Source of the DNA: Clostridia bacterium
GTDB taxonomy: Bacteria > Bacillota > Clostridia > Oscillospirales > Acutalibacteraceae
Length of the DNA stretch: 64,000 nt
Assembly: GCA_017516315.1 (NCBI GenBank)
Contig: JAFXDE010000054.1
Coordinates: forward strand, 15,251 to 79,250
Reading direction: 5' to 3'
Position 1 is the stretch's first letter, and each line of letters begins with the position of its first letter. The translations under genes were made by a program, and so were the position numbers. A model generated the notes under the pieces. It did no database searches. It was not told the origin of the DNA and saw nothing but the letters and a program-made list of their open reading frames with translations. This document shows, piece after piece, positions 35,695-44,522 of the stretch.

Positions 35695-36968
35695 TATTCT
35701 TCCTCCTTTTCACTTTCTAAAATAAAGACCGTATCCTCGGTAACCATAGAGGCGGCAATAATGATTTCCTCACGGCTTACGGAGTTTATTTCGTCGATAA
35801 AGCTTTCGGGTGTTCTGAAAAGGCCGCTTGTGGTCTGTGAGGTCATCCAATGGTCCAGAGTCATAATGCTGTCGTCCACAGATGAAAGAGTGTCAGTGAT
35901 GCTTTTTTTAGCGTTTTCGATTACCTCGTCGGTGAAAATACCCTTCCGAATATCGTCAAGCTCATTTCTTATGGCATTGAGAGCCTTGAGAGCATTTTCC
36001 GTTTCCACGCCGCTTTCGACTATAATAAGACCCTTGTTGTTTACGAGTCTGGCGCTGCAGTAGTAACAGAGGCTCATTTTTTCTCTTACATTCGTAAAGA
36101 GCTTTGAGAAGGTGCCGCTGCCGAAAATGGCGCACATAACCTTTATGGCGGCATAGTTATCGTAATCGTAGGTCATACCTGCTCTCATACCGATAACGAG
36201 CTTTCCCTGCTTAACCTTTTGCTTTTCGGTTACGGTTCTGCTTTCGTAGGCTTCGGTGAGGAATTCCGTATGAAGCTCCGTAACAGCTTTTTTGTCGCGG
36301 GCAAGAGAATCGAAAAGTGAAGAGAAAATCTTTTCCGTTCTCTTTTCGTCGATGTTACCTGTAACATTAATTTGTATGGGGCAGGAGAAGAGAAGCTTTT
36401 TCCAAGCCTCCATAAGCTCCTTACCCGTAATTTTTTCTATATCCTCCGTTTTACCGAGCTGACTAATGCCGTAGGCCTCGTCACGGCACATTTCCTCCGT
36501 CATTCTGTCGAGGGCATAAAGACGCTTTTCGTCCTTTCTGCTTTCGATTTTTTCGATGAGGAGTCTTTTTTCTCTCTGTATATTTTCTTCTCTGAAGCCA
36601 TCGGGTGTGATATCGGGCTTAAACAGACAGGTGCAAAGAAGCTTTACGCCCTCCTCCCAGACCTTGTCGTTTCCGAGAGCGAACCGGTCGTCGAGACAGA
36701 GAAGAGACAGAGAAAGCACCTGCACCTCACCGATTTTACTCACCGAGGGAGAAATAACAGCACCGTAAAGGGAAGCGAGACGGCGGTTCATATTCATAAG
36801 GGTATCGTAGTTTTTATTGGTTCTGGCTAAAAGATGGATGAGCAGAGCATTCTTAGCCGCATCCTGTGAAAGGGGAGTAAGGAGATTTAAGGTTACTACC
36901 GAGTTTTTGAATTTGGCGGTCTTATGAGTGCAGAGCCTTACACCGCCGCTGATTTCTTTTATGTTCAT
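35694..36968 (-). CDS. M16 family peptidase-like protein lacking HxxEH (non-catalytic partner type)
   Basis: Same fold and length. The equivalent position reads LIHLLAR. Its stop overlaps the start of the downstream M16 gene. Confidence 0.7.
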   Translation of the reverse strand: MNIKEISGGVRLCTHKTAKFKNSVVTLNLLTPLSQDAAKNALLIHLLARTNKNYDTLMNMNRRLASLYGAVISPSVSKIGEVQVLSLSLLCLDDRFALGNDKVWEEGVKLLCTCLFKPDITPDGFREENIQREKRLLIEKIESRKDEKRLYALDRMTEEMCRDEAYGISQLGKTEDIEKITGKELMEAWKKLLFSCPIQINVTGNIDEKRTEKIFSSLFDSLARDKKAVTELHTEFLTEAYESRTVTEKQKVKQGKLVIGMRAGMTYDYDNYAAIKVMCAIFGSGTFSKLFTNVREKMSLCYYCSARLVNNKGLIIVESGVETENALKALNAIRNELDDIRKGIFTDEVIENAKKSITDTLSSVDDSIMTLDHWMTSQTTSGLFRTPESFIDEINSVSREEIIIAASMVTEDTVFILESEKEEE

Positions 36969-37487
36969 ATTTATCCTCCTGAAACAGTTTATACCTTATT
37001 ATTGTATCATAAAAGTATACCTGTATGCAAACGGTATCGGCAAAAAAATTACAAGCTTTGAAAAAATTTCCTGTTCAGCCTTGTATTATATATGACAGGG
37101 AAGGGAGGAAATTTAAGATTAATTTAAAGGTATATTAAAGTTTTATCTGTATACTTACTGTATCTTTATCAGGGGAAAAGAAGGGATGTTTTTTCGTCAA
37201 AATAACCATCATATTTTCATTTTACGCTTTAACACGATAAAATTGAGGACAGAAAAAGGTTTTATGGTGATTTTTAACAATGTCTAATCCTACAAAAAAG
37301 ACCCGTAAACAATCAAAAATAATGCCGAAAATGTCAAAATTATCCCAACTAATTTTGAATAAATAAAAAATTATCTAAAAAAATTGCGGTTTTATATTGC
37401 AAAATGCCGATAAATTGTGTAAAATGGTTAAAGTGACAATAGTCAAAATATCCAATTAACATAATTTTTCAGTTGGGGGATTAAAAA

Positions 37488-38573
37488 ATGTCTAACAGAT
37501 TATTTCAGGGTATCATTCATCAGATGAAGGATGCTATCGACCGCACTATCGGCGTTATTGATAACAGCGGCACTGTTGTTTGCTGCAGCGATCTCGGCCG
37601 CATAGGAGAGACAGGCTTCGTAGATGCAAAAGAGGTTTTCGGTACAGCCGATGTAATCGTTATCGGCGGTAAGACCTTCCTCGTTATTTCTTCACAGAAC
37701 CATCCCGACAGCGCTATATTTGTCGACGGTAATGATGAAACTGCCGCAAACTATGCAAAGCTTATTGCTATTTCTCTCGGCGGTATCAAGCAGTACTACG
37801 ATGTAAAATTTGACCGCAGCAATTTTATTAAAAATGTTATTCTCGATAATATTCTCCAGGGAGATATTTACCTTAAAACCCGTGAGCTTGGCTTCAATAA
37901 CGAGGTTTCCCGCTGTGTTCTTCTTATAAGAACAGCCGAAAGAACCGACGTTTCCGTAAGCGAGTCAATCCAGAATCTGTTCCCCGATAAAAATAAAGAC
38001 TTCGTTATCAATATCAACGAAACCGACATCGCTTTAGTTAAAGAGGTGCGCGCAGGCAACGAAATCAAAGACCTTGAGAAGCTTGCCAGAAGCATCGTCG
38101 ATTCCTTACATACCGAGTATTATATTAACTCCATCATCGGTATCGGTACCATCGTAACAGGTATCAAGGAGCTTCCTCGCTCATTCAAGGAATCTCAGAT
38201 TGCTCTCGAGGTAGGCAAAGTATTTGATACTGAAAAAACTATCGTCACTTATGAAAATCTCGGTATTGCGAGACTTATTTATCAGCTTCCCACTACTCTG
38301 TGCGAAATGTTCCTTAAGGAAATTTTCAAAAAAGGCTCTATTGTGGGACTTGACCACGAAACTCTTTTCACTATCCAGAAGTTCTTCGAAAACAACCTCA
38401 ATGTTTCCGAAACCTCCAGAAAGCTTTTCGTACACAGAAATACTCTCGTTTACCGCCTCGAAAAAATCAAAAAGCTCACAGGTCTTGATCTGAGAGAATT
38501 TGACGATGCCATCGTATTCAAAGTTGCACTCATGGTTAAAAAATATCTTGATGCAAAGCCCATCAAATATTAA
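37488..38573 (+). CDS. PucR/CdaR-family transcriptional regulator
   Basis: C-terminal HTH NVSETSRKLFVHRNTLVYRLEKIKKLTGLD. RBS GGGGGA. Confidence 0.75.
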   Translation: MSNRLFQGIIHQMKDAIDRTIGVIDNSGTVVCCSDLGRIGETGFVDAKEVFGTADVIVIGGKTFLVISSQNHPDSAIFVDGNDETAANYAKLIAISLGGIKQYYDVKFDRSNFIKNVILDNILQGDIYLKTRELGFNNEVSRCVLLIRTAERTDVSVSESIQNLFPDKNKDFVININETDIALVKEVRAGNEIKDLEKLARSIVDSLHTEYYINSIIGIGTIVTGIKELPRSFKESQIALEVGKVFDTEKTIVTYENLGIARLIYQLPTTLCEMFLKEIFKKGSIVGLDHETLFTIQKFFENNLNVSETSRKLFVHRNTLVYRLEKIKKLTGLDLREFDDAIVFKVALMVKKYLDAKPIKY

Positions 38574-38697
38574 TATAAAGTTGTCTTATAGGTGTCTTCA
38601 TACACCGGTTAAGCGCAGTTATCCGTAATTAACAGCCGTCATTATTTCTTAATATTGGCGGCTATAAATAAGTATAAAATAAAGAAAGAGACGGAAT

Positions 38698-39474
38698 ATG
38701 ATAGAATTTAAAAATGTTTCAATGAAATATAAAACCAACGGCGCCGTAGCTCTTGATAATGTCAACGTTAAAATCGACGACGGTGAATTCGTTTTCATCG
38801 TAGGTGCTTCCGGTGCAGGTAAAAGCTCTTTTCTTAATGTTATTATGGGACAGGAAAAGGTTGACTCGGGTATCGTAAGAGTCGGCCCCTATAATCTTGC
38901 CTCCATCAGAAGAAGAGCTCTTCCTTACTTAAGGCGTATGCTCGGTATCGTTTTCCAGGATTTCAGACTTATCCCGAAAATGACCGTTTATGATAATGTC
39001 GCTTTCGCACTCCGTGTTATCGGTATGGGTGACAAAAAAATTACCAAAAGAGTACGCTATGTGCTTAAGCTCGTAGATCTTTCGGACAAGGCTAATAATT
39101 TCCCTCATCAGCTTTCGCAGGGTGAGCGTCAGCGTGTGGCTATCGCCAGAGCTCTCGTTAATAATCCCGCCGTAATTATCGCTGACGAGCCTACGGGTAA
39201 TCTTGACCCTATTCTTTCTAACGATATTATGAGCCTTTTCGATAAAATCAATGCTCTCGGTGCTACTGTGGTGGTTGTTACCCACGACCTTGAGCTCGTA
39301 CATCAGTTCGACCACCGTATCGTTACTATCGAAAACGGCAGAGTCGTCTCCGACATTCCCTCTAAGTATAAGCAGGCAGAGGATATTTCTCTGAGATTTA
39401 CTGCTGAAAAGACGGAAGAAGTGAGCGAAGGCTCCGATGAAAGCGAAGAAAAGGGGGAGCAGGAAAATGGCTAA
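38698..39474 (+). CDS. ftsE: cell division ATP-binding protein FtsE
   Basis: Walker A GASGAGKSS, signature LSQGERQRV, Walker B IIADEPTG. Acidic C-terminal extension. Confidence 0.9.
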   Translation: MIEFKNVSMKYKTNGAVALDNVNVKIDDGEFVFIVGASGAGKSSFLNVIMGQEKVDSGIVRVGPYNLASIRRRALPYLRRMLGIVFQDFRLIPKMTVYDNVAFALRVIGMGDKKITKRVRYVLKLVDLSDKANNFPHQLSQGERQRVAIARALVNNPAVIIADEPTGNLDPILSNDIMSLFDKINALGATVVVVTHDLELVHQFDHRIVTIENGRVVSDIPSKYKQAEDISLRFTAEKTEEVSEGSDESEEKGEQENG

Positions 39475-40408
39475 AAAAAGAAAGCACCGTTCCGGCGGTC
39501 TTAATACCACATATCTTACGAAAATGGGCGCACATAACATCATCGCGAACCGCAGTATGTCATTTTCGTCCGTAAGCGTTCTTACTGCCTGTCTTCTTCT
39601 TATCGGCGTTTCCGTTATGATTCTCGTTAATATCCAGAATCTCGTCAAGGATGTGGAAAATCAGAATGTTGTAGTCGCTTTCGTAAAGGAAGGCATCAGT
39701 GACGAGGAGGTAGCCAAGGTAGGAACTGACCTTGCCGCTATTCCCGATGTAACGAATGTCGAATTCGTTTCCAAGGAAGCAGGCTATGAGGAGCAGCTTC
39801 GTGAGTTCGGTGTTGACGAAAACCTCTTTGACGATGTTATCGAAAATCCGCTTCCTCATTCTTACCGTGTATCCGTAAGTAATCTCGAGCAGTTTCAGAC
39901 AACTCTCGCAGGAATAAAGGCAGTTCCGAATGTGGATGCTGTCCGAGAGAGCCAGGAGCTTGTAAGTCAGATTTCGACCTTGCAGAATTCCATTACGGCT
40001 ATATGTATTATTATCGTTGCCGTTCTCGCGGTAGTTTCCATGTTCATTATTTCTAACACTATCCGTATTACCATGGTGTCAAGAAAGATTGATATTCAGG
40101 TTATGAAATCCGTAGGTGCTACTAATACCTTTATTTGCTGGCCCTTTATGATTGAGGGCGTTATCATCGGTGTTATTTCCGGTGTGCTTGCGGTTATTCT
40201 TACCTTTATCGTCGAAAAGATAGAGGGCGGTGCTATGCAGTCACTTCTTGAAATGTTCGGCAGTGAGGCAATATCCCTTACGAACTATTTGCCGCTTCTT
40301 ATCGTTTGCTATCTCGTTTCGGGTGTATTTATCGGTGCCTTCGGCAGTATCGTATCCATCAGTAAGTACCTTAAGAAGGAAGGCAGCGAAGCCAACGAAA
40401 TGCTATAA
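39467..40408 (+). CDS. ftsX: cell division permease FtsX
   Basis: ATG 39467 overlaps the ftsE stop. TM1, an extracellular domain, then three C-terminal TM helices. Confidence 0.85.
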   Translation: MAKKRKHRSGGLNTTYLTKMGAHNIIANRSMSFSSVSVLTACLLLIGVSVMILVNIQNLVKDVENQNVVVAFVKEGISDEEVAKVGTDLAAIPDVTNVEFVSKEAGYEEQLREFGVDENLFDDVIENPLPHSYRVSVSNLEQFQTTLAGIKAVPNVDAVRESQELVSQISTLQNSITAICIIIVAVLAVVSMFIISNTIRITMVSRKIDIQVMKSVGATNTFICWPFMIEGVIIGVISGVLAVILTFIVEKIEGGAMQSLLEMFGSEAISLTNYLPLLIVCYLVSGVFIGAFGSIVSISKYLKKEGSEANEML

Positions 40409-40473
40409 TTTAATTTTCTGATTAAACCGAAGGATTTTTCTCTCGGTTTAATCCTGTTTTAAAGGAGTACCTT

Positions 40474-41817
40474 ATGAACAAAAAACTCACATCCTTTGTA
40501 TGTCTGTTGCTTGTTTTTGTCTTTGTTTTAACTCTTGATTCTTCTGCGGCTACCCAGGCAGAGCTTGAAGCGCAGATAGCACAGAATAACGCTCAGATTC
40601 AAGCTAACCAGGAAAAGCTCAATGAGCTTAAGGAGCAGAAGGAGAATCAGCAGCAGTATCTCGAAGCTCTCGAGGAGCAGATTAAGGCTGTCGAGGGTAA
40701 GGCTACTAATCTGCAGACCCAGGTAGAAACCATCGACACACAGATTAATAAGCTCGACGGTGAGCTTAAACAGCTCGGAAACGAAACCAAGGCCATCAAT
40801 GCTGATATAGCACAGACCGAAAAGGATATCAAAGACACTCAGTCAAATATCACATCTAAAAGTGAAACTCTTTCCGCTAAGCTCCGTTCAGCTTATATGA
40901 ACGGAAATCAGTCAGCCTTAAAGATTCTTATGGGCTCAAAAAGTCTCGCGTCTTTCCTTACCCGCCTTGAAATGATGAAGCGTACCTCAGAGCAGGATAA
41001 AAAAGTAATCATCGATTTCAAGGAGCAGGTAACTGACCTTAAAAATGATAAGAAGAAGCTCGAAAAGGACCGTAAGGAGCTGGCAGAAAAAGAGGCTGAA
41101 ATCAGCGAAAAGAGAGATGAACAAAACAGCAAAAAGGCGGCTCTCGTCGAGAAGCAGAAGGAATATGACAGTACGATGTCGAGCCTCGAGGGTCAGTACG
41201 GCGAAATCGAAAAGGTAATGGCCAATATCGATAAGTCAAGCTCTGCATATAAGAATTATATCAATAAGCTTGAAGCTGAAAATGCCGCTGCCGACGCTGA
41301 AATCGACCGTATTTTAAAGGATTACTATGCTACTCAGAATCAGCAAAGCACTACAAGGCTTCCCGCCTCAAATGTGGCTCCCGGTGAATCCTATCAGGGC
41401 TCAGGCTCCTGGTATTGGCCCATAGGAAATACCTGGTGCTATATCAGCAGCGAGTACGGCTACCGTGATGCGAGCATTTCCGGCTGGAGCTTCCACGGAG
41501 GTATCGACCTGGCAGGCGGTAACGGAAAGCTTCACGGCGCACCTGTTTATGCTACCAGAGCAGGCTATGTAATCGCCGCCGTCACCAGTGACACAGGCTA
41601 CGGTATTTATGTTCTTATCGACCACGGAGACGGTTATTCCAGTCTTTATGCACACATGTCTGCCCGTTATGTAGAGGTGGGTAATTATGTTACTCAGGGT
41701 CAGATTATAGGCAGGGTAGGTAACACCGGTAATTCCCGCGGTGCTCATCTTCATTTCGAAATCCGCTACTACGGAGAAAAGAAAGACCCCCTTAACTATG
41801 TTAAAAATCCTAACTGA
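40474..41817 (+). CDS. coiled-coil M23 peptidoglycan endopeptidase (paralogue 1)
   Basis: Signal peptide, about 250 aa of coiled coil, and an M23 domain with FHGGIDLAG (HxxxD) and AHLHFEI (HxH). Confidence 0.85.
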   Translation: MNKKLTSFVCLLLVFVFVLTLDSSAATQAELEAQIAQNNAQIQANQEKLNELKEQKENQQQYLEALEEQIKAVEGKATNLQTQVETIDTQINKLDGELKQLGNETKAINADIAQTEKDIKDTQSNITSKSETLSAKLRSAYMNGNQSALKILMGSKSLASFLTRLEMMKRTSEQDKKVIIDFKEQVTDLKNDKKKLEKDRKELAEKEAEISEKRDEQNSKKAALVEKQKEYDSTMSSLEGQYGEIEKVMANIDKSSSAYKNYINKLEAENAAADAEIDRILKDYYATQNQQSTTRLPASNVAPGESYQGSGSWYWPIGNTWCYISSEYGYRDASISGWSFHGGIDLAGGNGKLHGAPVYATRAGYVIAAVTSDTGYGIYVLIDHGDGYSSLYAHMSARYVEVGNYVTQGQIIGRVGNTGNSRGAHLHFEIRYYGEKKDPLNYVKNPN

Positions 41818-41851
41818 TAAACCTTTTTAAAATTATAGGAGTGATTAAACT

Positions 41852-43231
41852 TTGAGTAAAAAGTTTTTATGTATAATTTTCGCTCTCATTCTGGCGGTGA
41901 CTCCGCTGTTATGCTTCAATGCAGCTGCCCTTCCGGAGGAAAAGGAGGAGCTTGAAAACAGAATTGATGAAATTGATGCTGAAATTGCCGCCAACAAGGT
42001 AAAGCTCGAATCTCTCAAGGATAAAAAAGATAAGCAGATGGAGTATCTTGATACTCTCGAAACACAGATAGAAACCGTCGAAAGCAAGGTTTCAAATCTG
42101 CAGACTCAGATAGAAAGAATCGACAGCCAGGTAAAAAAGCTTAATACTGAGCTTAAACAGCTCGATAATGAAATTACGGAAATCAACAGCGGCATCACTA
42201 CTGCTGAAAAGGATATTGTTACCATGCAGGATAATATCAGCTCTACGAGTGACCAGCTCGCCGCAAAGCTTCGTTCATCCTATATGAACGGAAACGATTC
42301 TGCTCTTAAAATACTTATGGGCTCTGACAGTCTGGCTTCCTTCCTTACACGTCTCGAGATGATGAAAAGAAGCTCCGAAAAGGACAAAAGCCTCATTTTA
42401 GGCTTCCGTGATAAGGTAACCAAGCTTAATAAAACTAAAGAAAAGCTTGAAAAGGATAAGACTGAGGTCAGTGCGAAGATTACCGAGGCTAATGAAAAGA
42501 AGGCTCTTTCACTTGAGAAAAAGTCTGAGCTTGAGGTAAAGCAGAAGGCACATGATGCTACAATGACCGATCTCGAGGGAAAATATGCTGAGGTTGAAAG
42601 CATAATCTCGGGACTTGATAAGTCAAGTGCAGAATATAAAAAATATAACAGTGAGCTTCAGAAGGAAAAGGCAGAGGCCGATGCGGAAATCGATCGTATC
42701 TTAAGTGAATATTATGCTACACAGACTACTCTGCCCGTAAATAATAATGAGCCTACCTCTGCACAGCAGAATGGAGGCGGTAACAGCTCTACGACAAAGC
42801 CTGCAGGCCCCTCCTACACTGCAAAGGGTGACTGGCTGTGGCCCTTAGGTAACGCATCCTGCTACATCAGCAGTCCTTACGGCTACAGAAGCGCATCCGT
42901 CAGCGGTAACGCCTTCCACGGCGGTACGGATATAGCAGGCAGCGGTATCAGCGGTAAGCCCGTTTACGCTTCCAGAGCCGGTAAGGTTATTACGGCTGTC
43001 ACCTCAAACCGAGGCTACGGTATCTATGTTCTCATAGACCACGGAGACGGTTATTCCACACTCTATGCCCACATGTCTGCCCGTTATGTTTCTACCGGTG
43101 ACAATGTCTCCAAGGGTCAGATGATAGGCCGTGTAGGCAGTACGGGTAACTCTACGGGTCCTCATCTTCACTTCGAGGTAAGGTACTACGGAGAGAAGAA
43201 AAATCCGATGAATTTCGTTAAAAAACCGTAA
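41852..43231 (+). CDS. coiled-coil M23 peptidoglycan endopeptidase (paralogue 2)
   Basis: TTG start after AGGAGTG. Same architecture, with FHGGTDIAG and PHLHFEV. Shares exact DNA stretches of about 20 nt or more with paralogue 1. Confidence 0.85.
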   Translation: MSKKFLCIIFALILAVTPLLCFNAAALPEEKEELENRIDEIDAEIAANKVKLESLKDKKDKQMEYLDTLETQIETVESKVSNLQTQIERIDSQVKKLNTELKQLDNEITEINSGITTAEKDIVTMQDNISSTSDQLAAKLRSSYMNGNDSALKILMGSDSLASFLTRLEMMKRSSEKDKSLILGFRDKVTKLNKTKEKLEKDKTEVSAKITEANEKKALSLEKKSELEVKQKAHDATMTDLEGKYAEVESIISGLDKSSAEYKKYNSELQKEKAEADAEIDRILSEYYATQTTLPVNNNEPTSAQQNGGGNSSTTKPAGPSYTAKGDWLWPLGNASCYISSPYGYRSASVSGNAFHGGTDIAGSGISGKPVYASRAGKVITAVTSNRGYGIYVLIDHGDGYSTLYAHMSARYVSTGDNVSKGQMIGRVGSTGNSTGPHLHFEVRYYGEKKNPMNFVKKP

Positions 43232-43298
43232 AAAAGACTAAAATACGAGGGGTAGTTATCTATCCCTCTGATTGTGTTTTATCAGGAGATGAGAGTTG

Positions 43299-44486
43299 AT
43301 GAATAAAAAAATATCCTTAGGAGTTGCTTTTTCTCTTTTTATTCTCGTTGCCGCACTCGCTTCGGCTATTACGCTCGGAGTAGTAGGAAGGGAATATAAT
43401 TCTATCCTTAAGGGACTTCCCGAAAAGATAGAGAGATATGAAATTCTCGATGAGCTTGACGATGTGATAAATAATAATTACTACGGTAAAAGTGAAGCCT
43501 CCGACCTGGAGCAGGCGATAGCCCAGGGTTATGTAGAGGGCCTCGGTGACAAAAGCTCTGTTTATATGACAGCAGACAAATATAAGGAATACCTTTCTGA
43601 GGTTAACGGAGATATGTTTGGTATCGGCGCCGAATATGTCAGAACTAAAAGCAACAGTATAGAAATTACGAAGGTTTACGACGGCTCTCCTGCAGAAAAC
43701 AGCGGTCTCAGAGCCGGAGATGTAATCGTAGCCTTCGACGGCATCAGAATCGATGTAAATAATTATGATGATATGGAAGCCAAGCTTCGCGGAGATAAGC
43801 TTACAAGCGTAAATATAATCTATAACCGTGACGGTGCGGAAACCAATGTGACGGTAGTTAAGGGCTATGAGGCACAGTCAGTTTTTACCGGTGTTTATAA
43901 CAGCGTAGGCTATCTCGAAATAACGGATTTTTACCCCTCCACGGCAGAACAGACTCAGCAGGCTATAGATAAATTTATTTCTTCAGGCATAACTGCCGTA
44001 GTAGTTGATCTCAGAAAGAATACAAGCGGCAATTATGAGCAGGCTGTAAAAACCCTCGATATTTTCGTTCCTATGTCTGACTCTCAGAGGGCGGCAGCTA
44101 CTGTCTTTGACGAAAACGGAAACACTGTAAAGAGCTTTACTACTACCTCGGGTGAGATAAATCTTCCCGTAGGTGTTCTCGTAAGCACGGAAACTCAGAA
44201 GGCGGCTGAGCTTTTCGCCTGTAATATCAGAGATTTCAATAAGGGTGTTATTTTCGGAACGGGCAGTACAAAGGGCTCTGCTATGATGCAGGAAATTTTC
44301 GAGCTTTCCAAGGGAAGCGCCGTTCTTTTAACTACAGGCACGGTTACTCCTTATAAGAGTGAAAGCTTTAACGGTACAGGTGTAGCACCTGACTATATAA
44401 CAGAGGACTCACCGCGCAGCGAGACAATCGAAGAGGACGGGCAGTTCCTTTATGCCGTATCGGTTCTTAAGGGTGAGCAGGTTTAA
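43299..44486 (+). CDS. S41 (C-terminal processing peptidase) family protein with PDZ domain; nucleophile motif apparently absent
   Basis: PDZ (GIGAEY...GSPAENSGLRAGDVIVAFDG), DLRKNTSGN block and GSTKGS lysine block. TQKAAE sits where S41 enzymes carry SASASE. Confidence 0.75.
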   Translation: MNKKISLGVAFSLFILVAALASAITLGVVGREYNSILKGLPEKIERYEILDELDDVINNNYYGKSEASDLEQAIAQGYVEGLGDKSSVYMTADKYKEYLSEVNGDMFGIGAEYVRTKSNSIEITKVYDGSPAENSGLRAGDVIVAFDGIRIDVNNYDDMEAKLRGDKLTSVNIIYNRDGAETNVTVVKGYEAQSVFTGVYNSVGYLEITDFYPSTAEQTQQAIDKFISSGITAVVVDLRKNTSGNYEQAVKTLDIFVPMSDSQRAAATVFDENGNTVKSFTTTSGEINLPVGVLVSTETQKAAELFACNIRDFNKGVIFGTGSTKGSAMMQEIFELSKGSAVLLTTGTVTPYKSESFNGTGVAPDYITEDSPRSETIEEDGQFLYAVSVLKGEQV

Positions 44487-44522
44487 TTTTTAATCAATAA
44501 TTCGGGAAGGGAATGGTTAACC

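Noticed and set aside
38929-39648. 239-aa minus-strand ORF overlapping ftsE/ftsX
   Set aside because: It is antisense to ftsE, which has Walker A/B and the ABC signature, and to the ftsX start. No motifs and no RBS.
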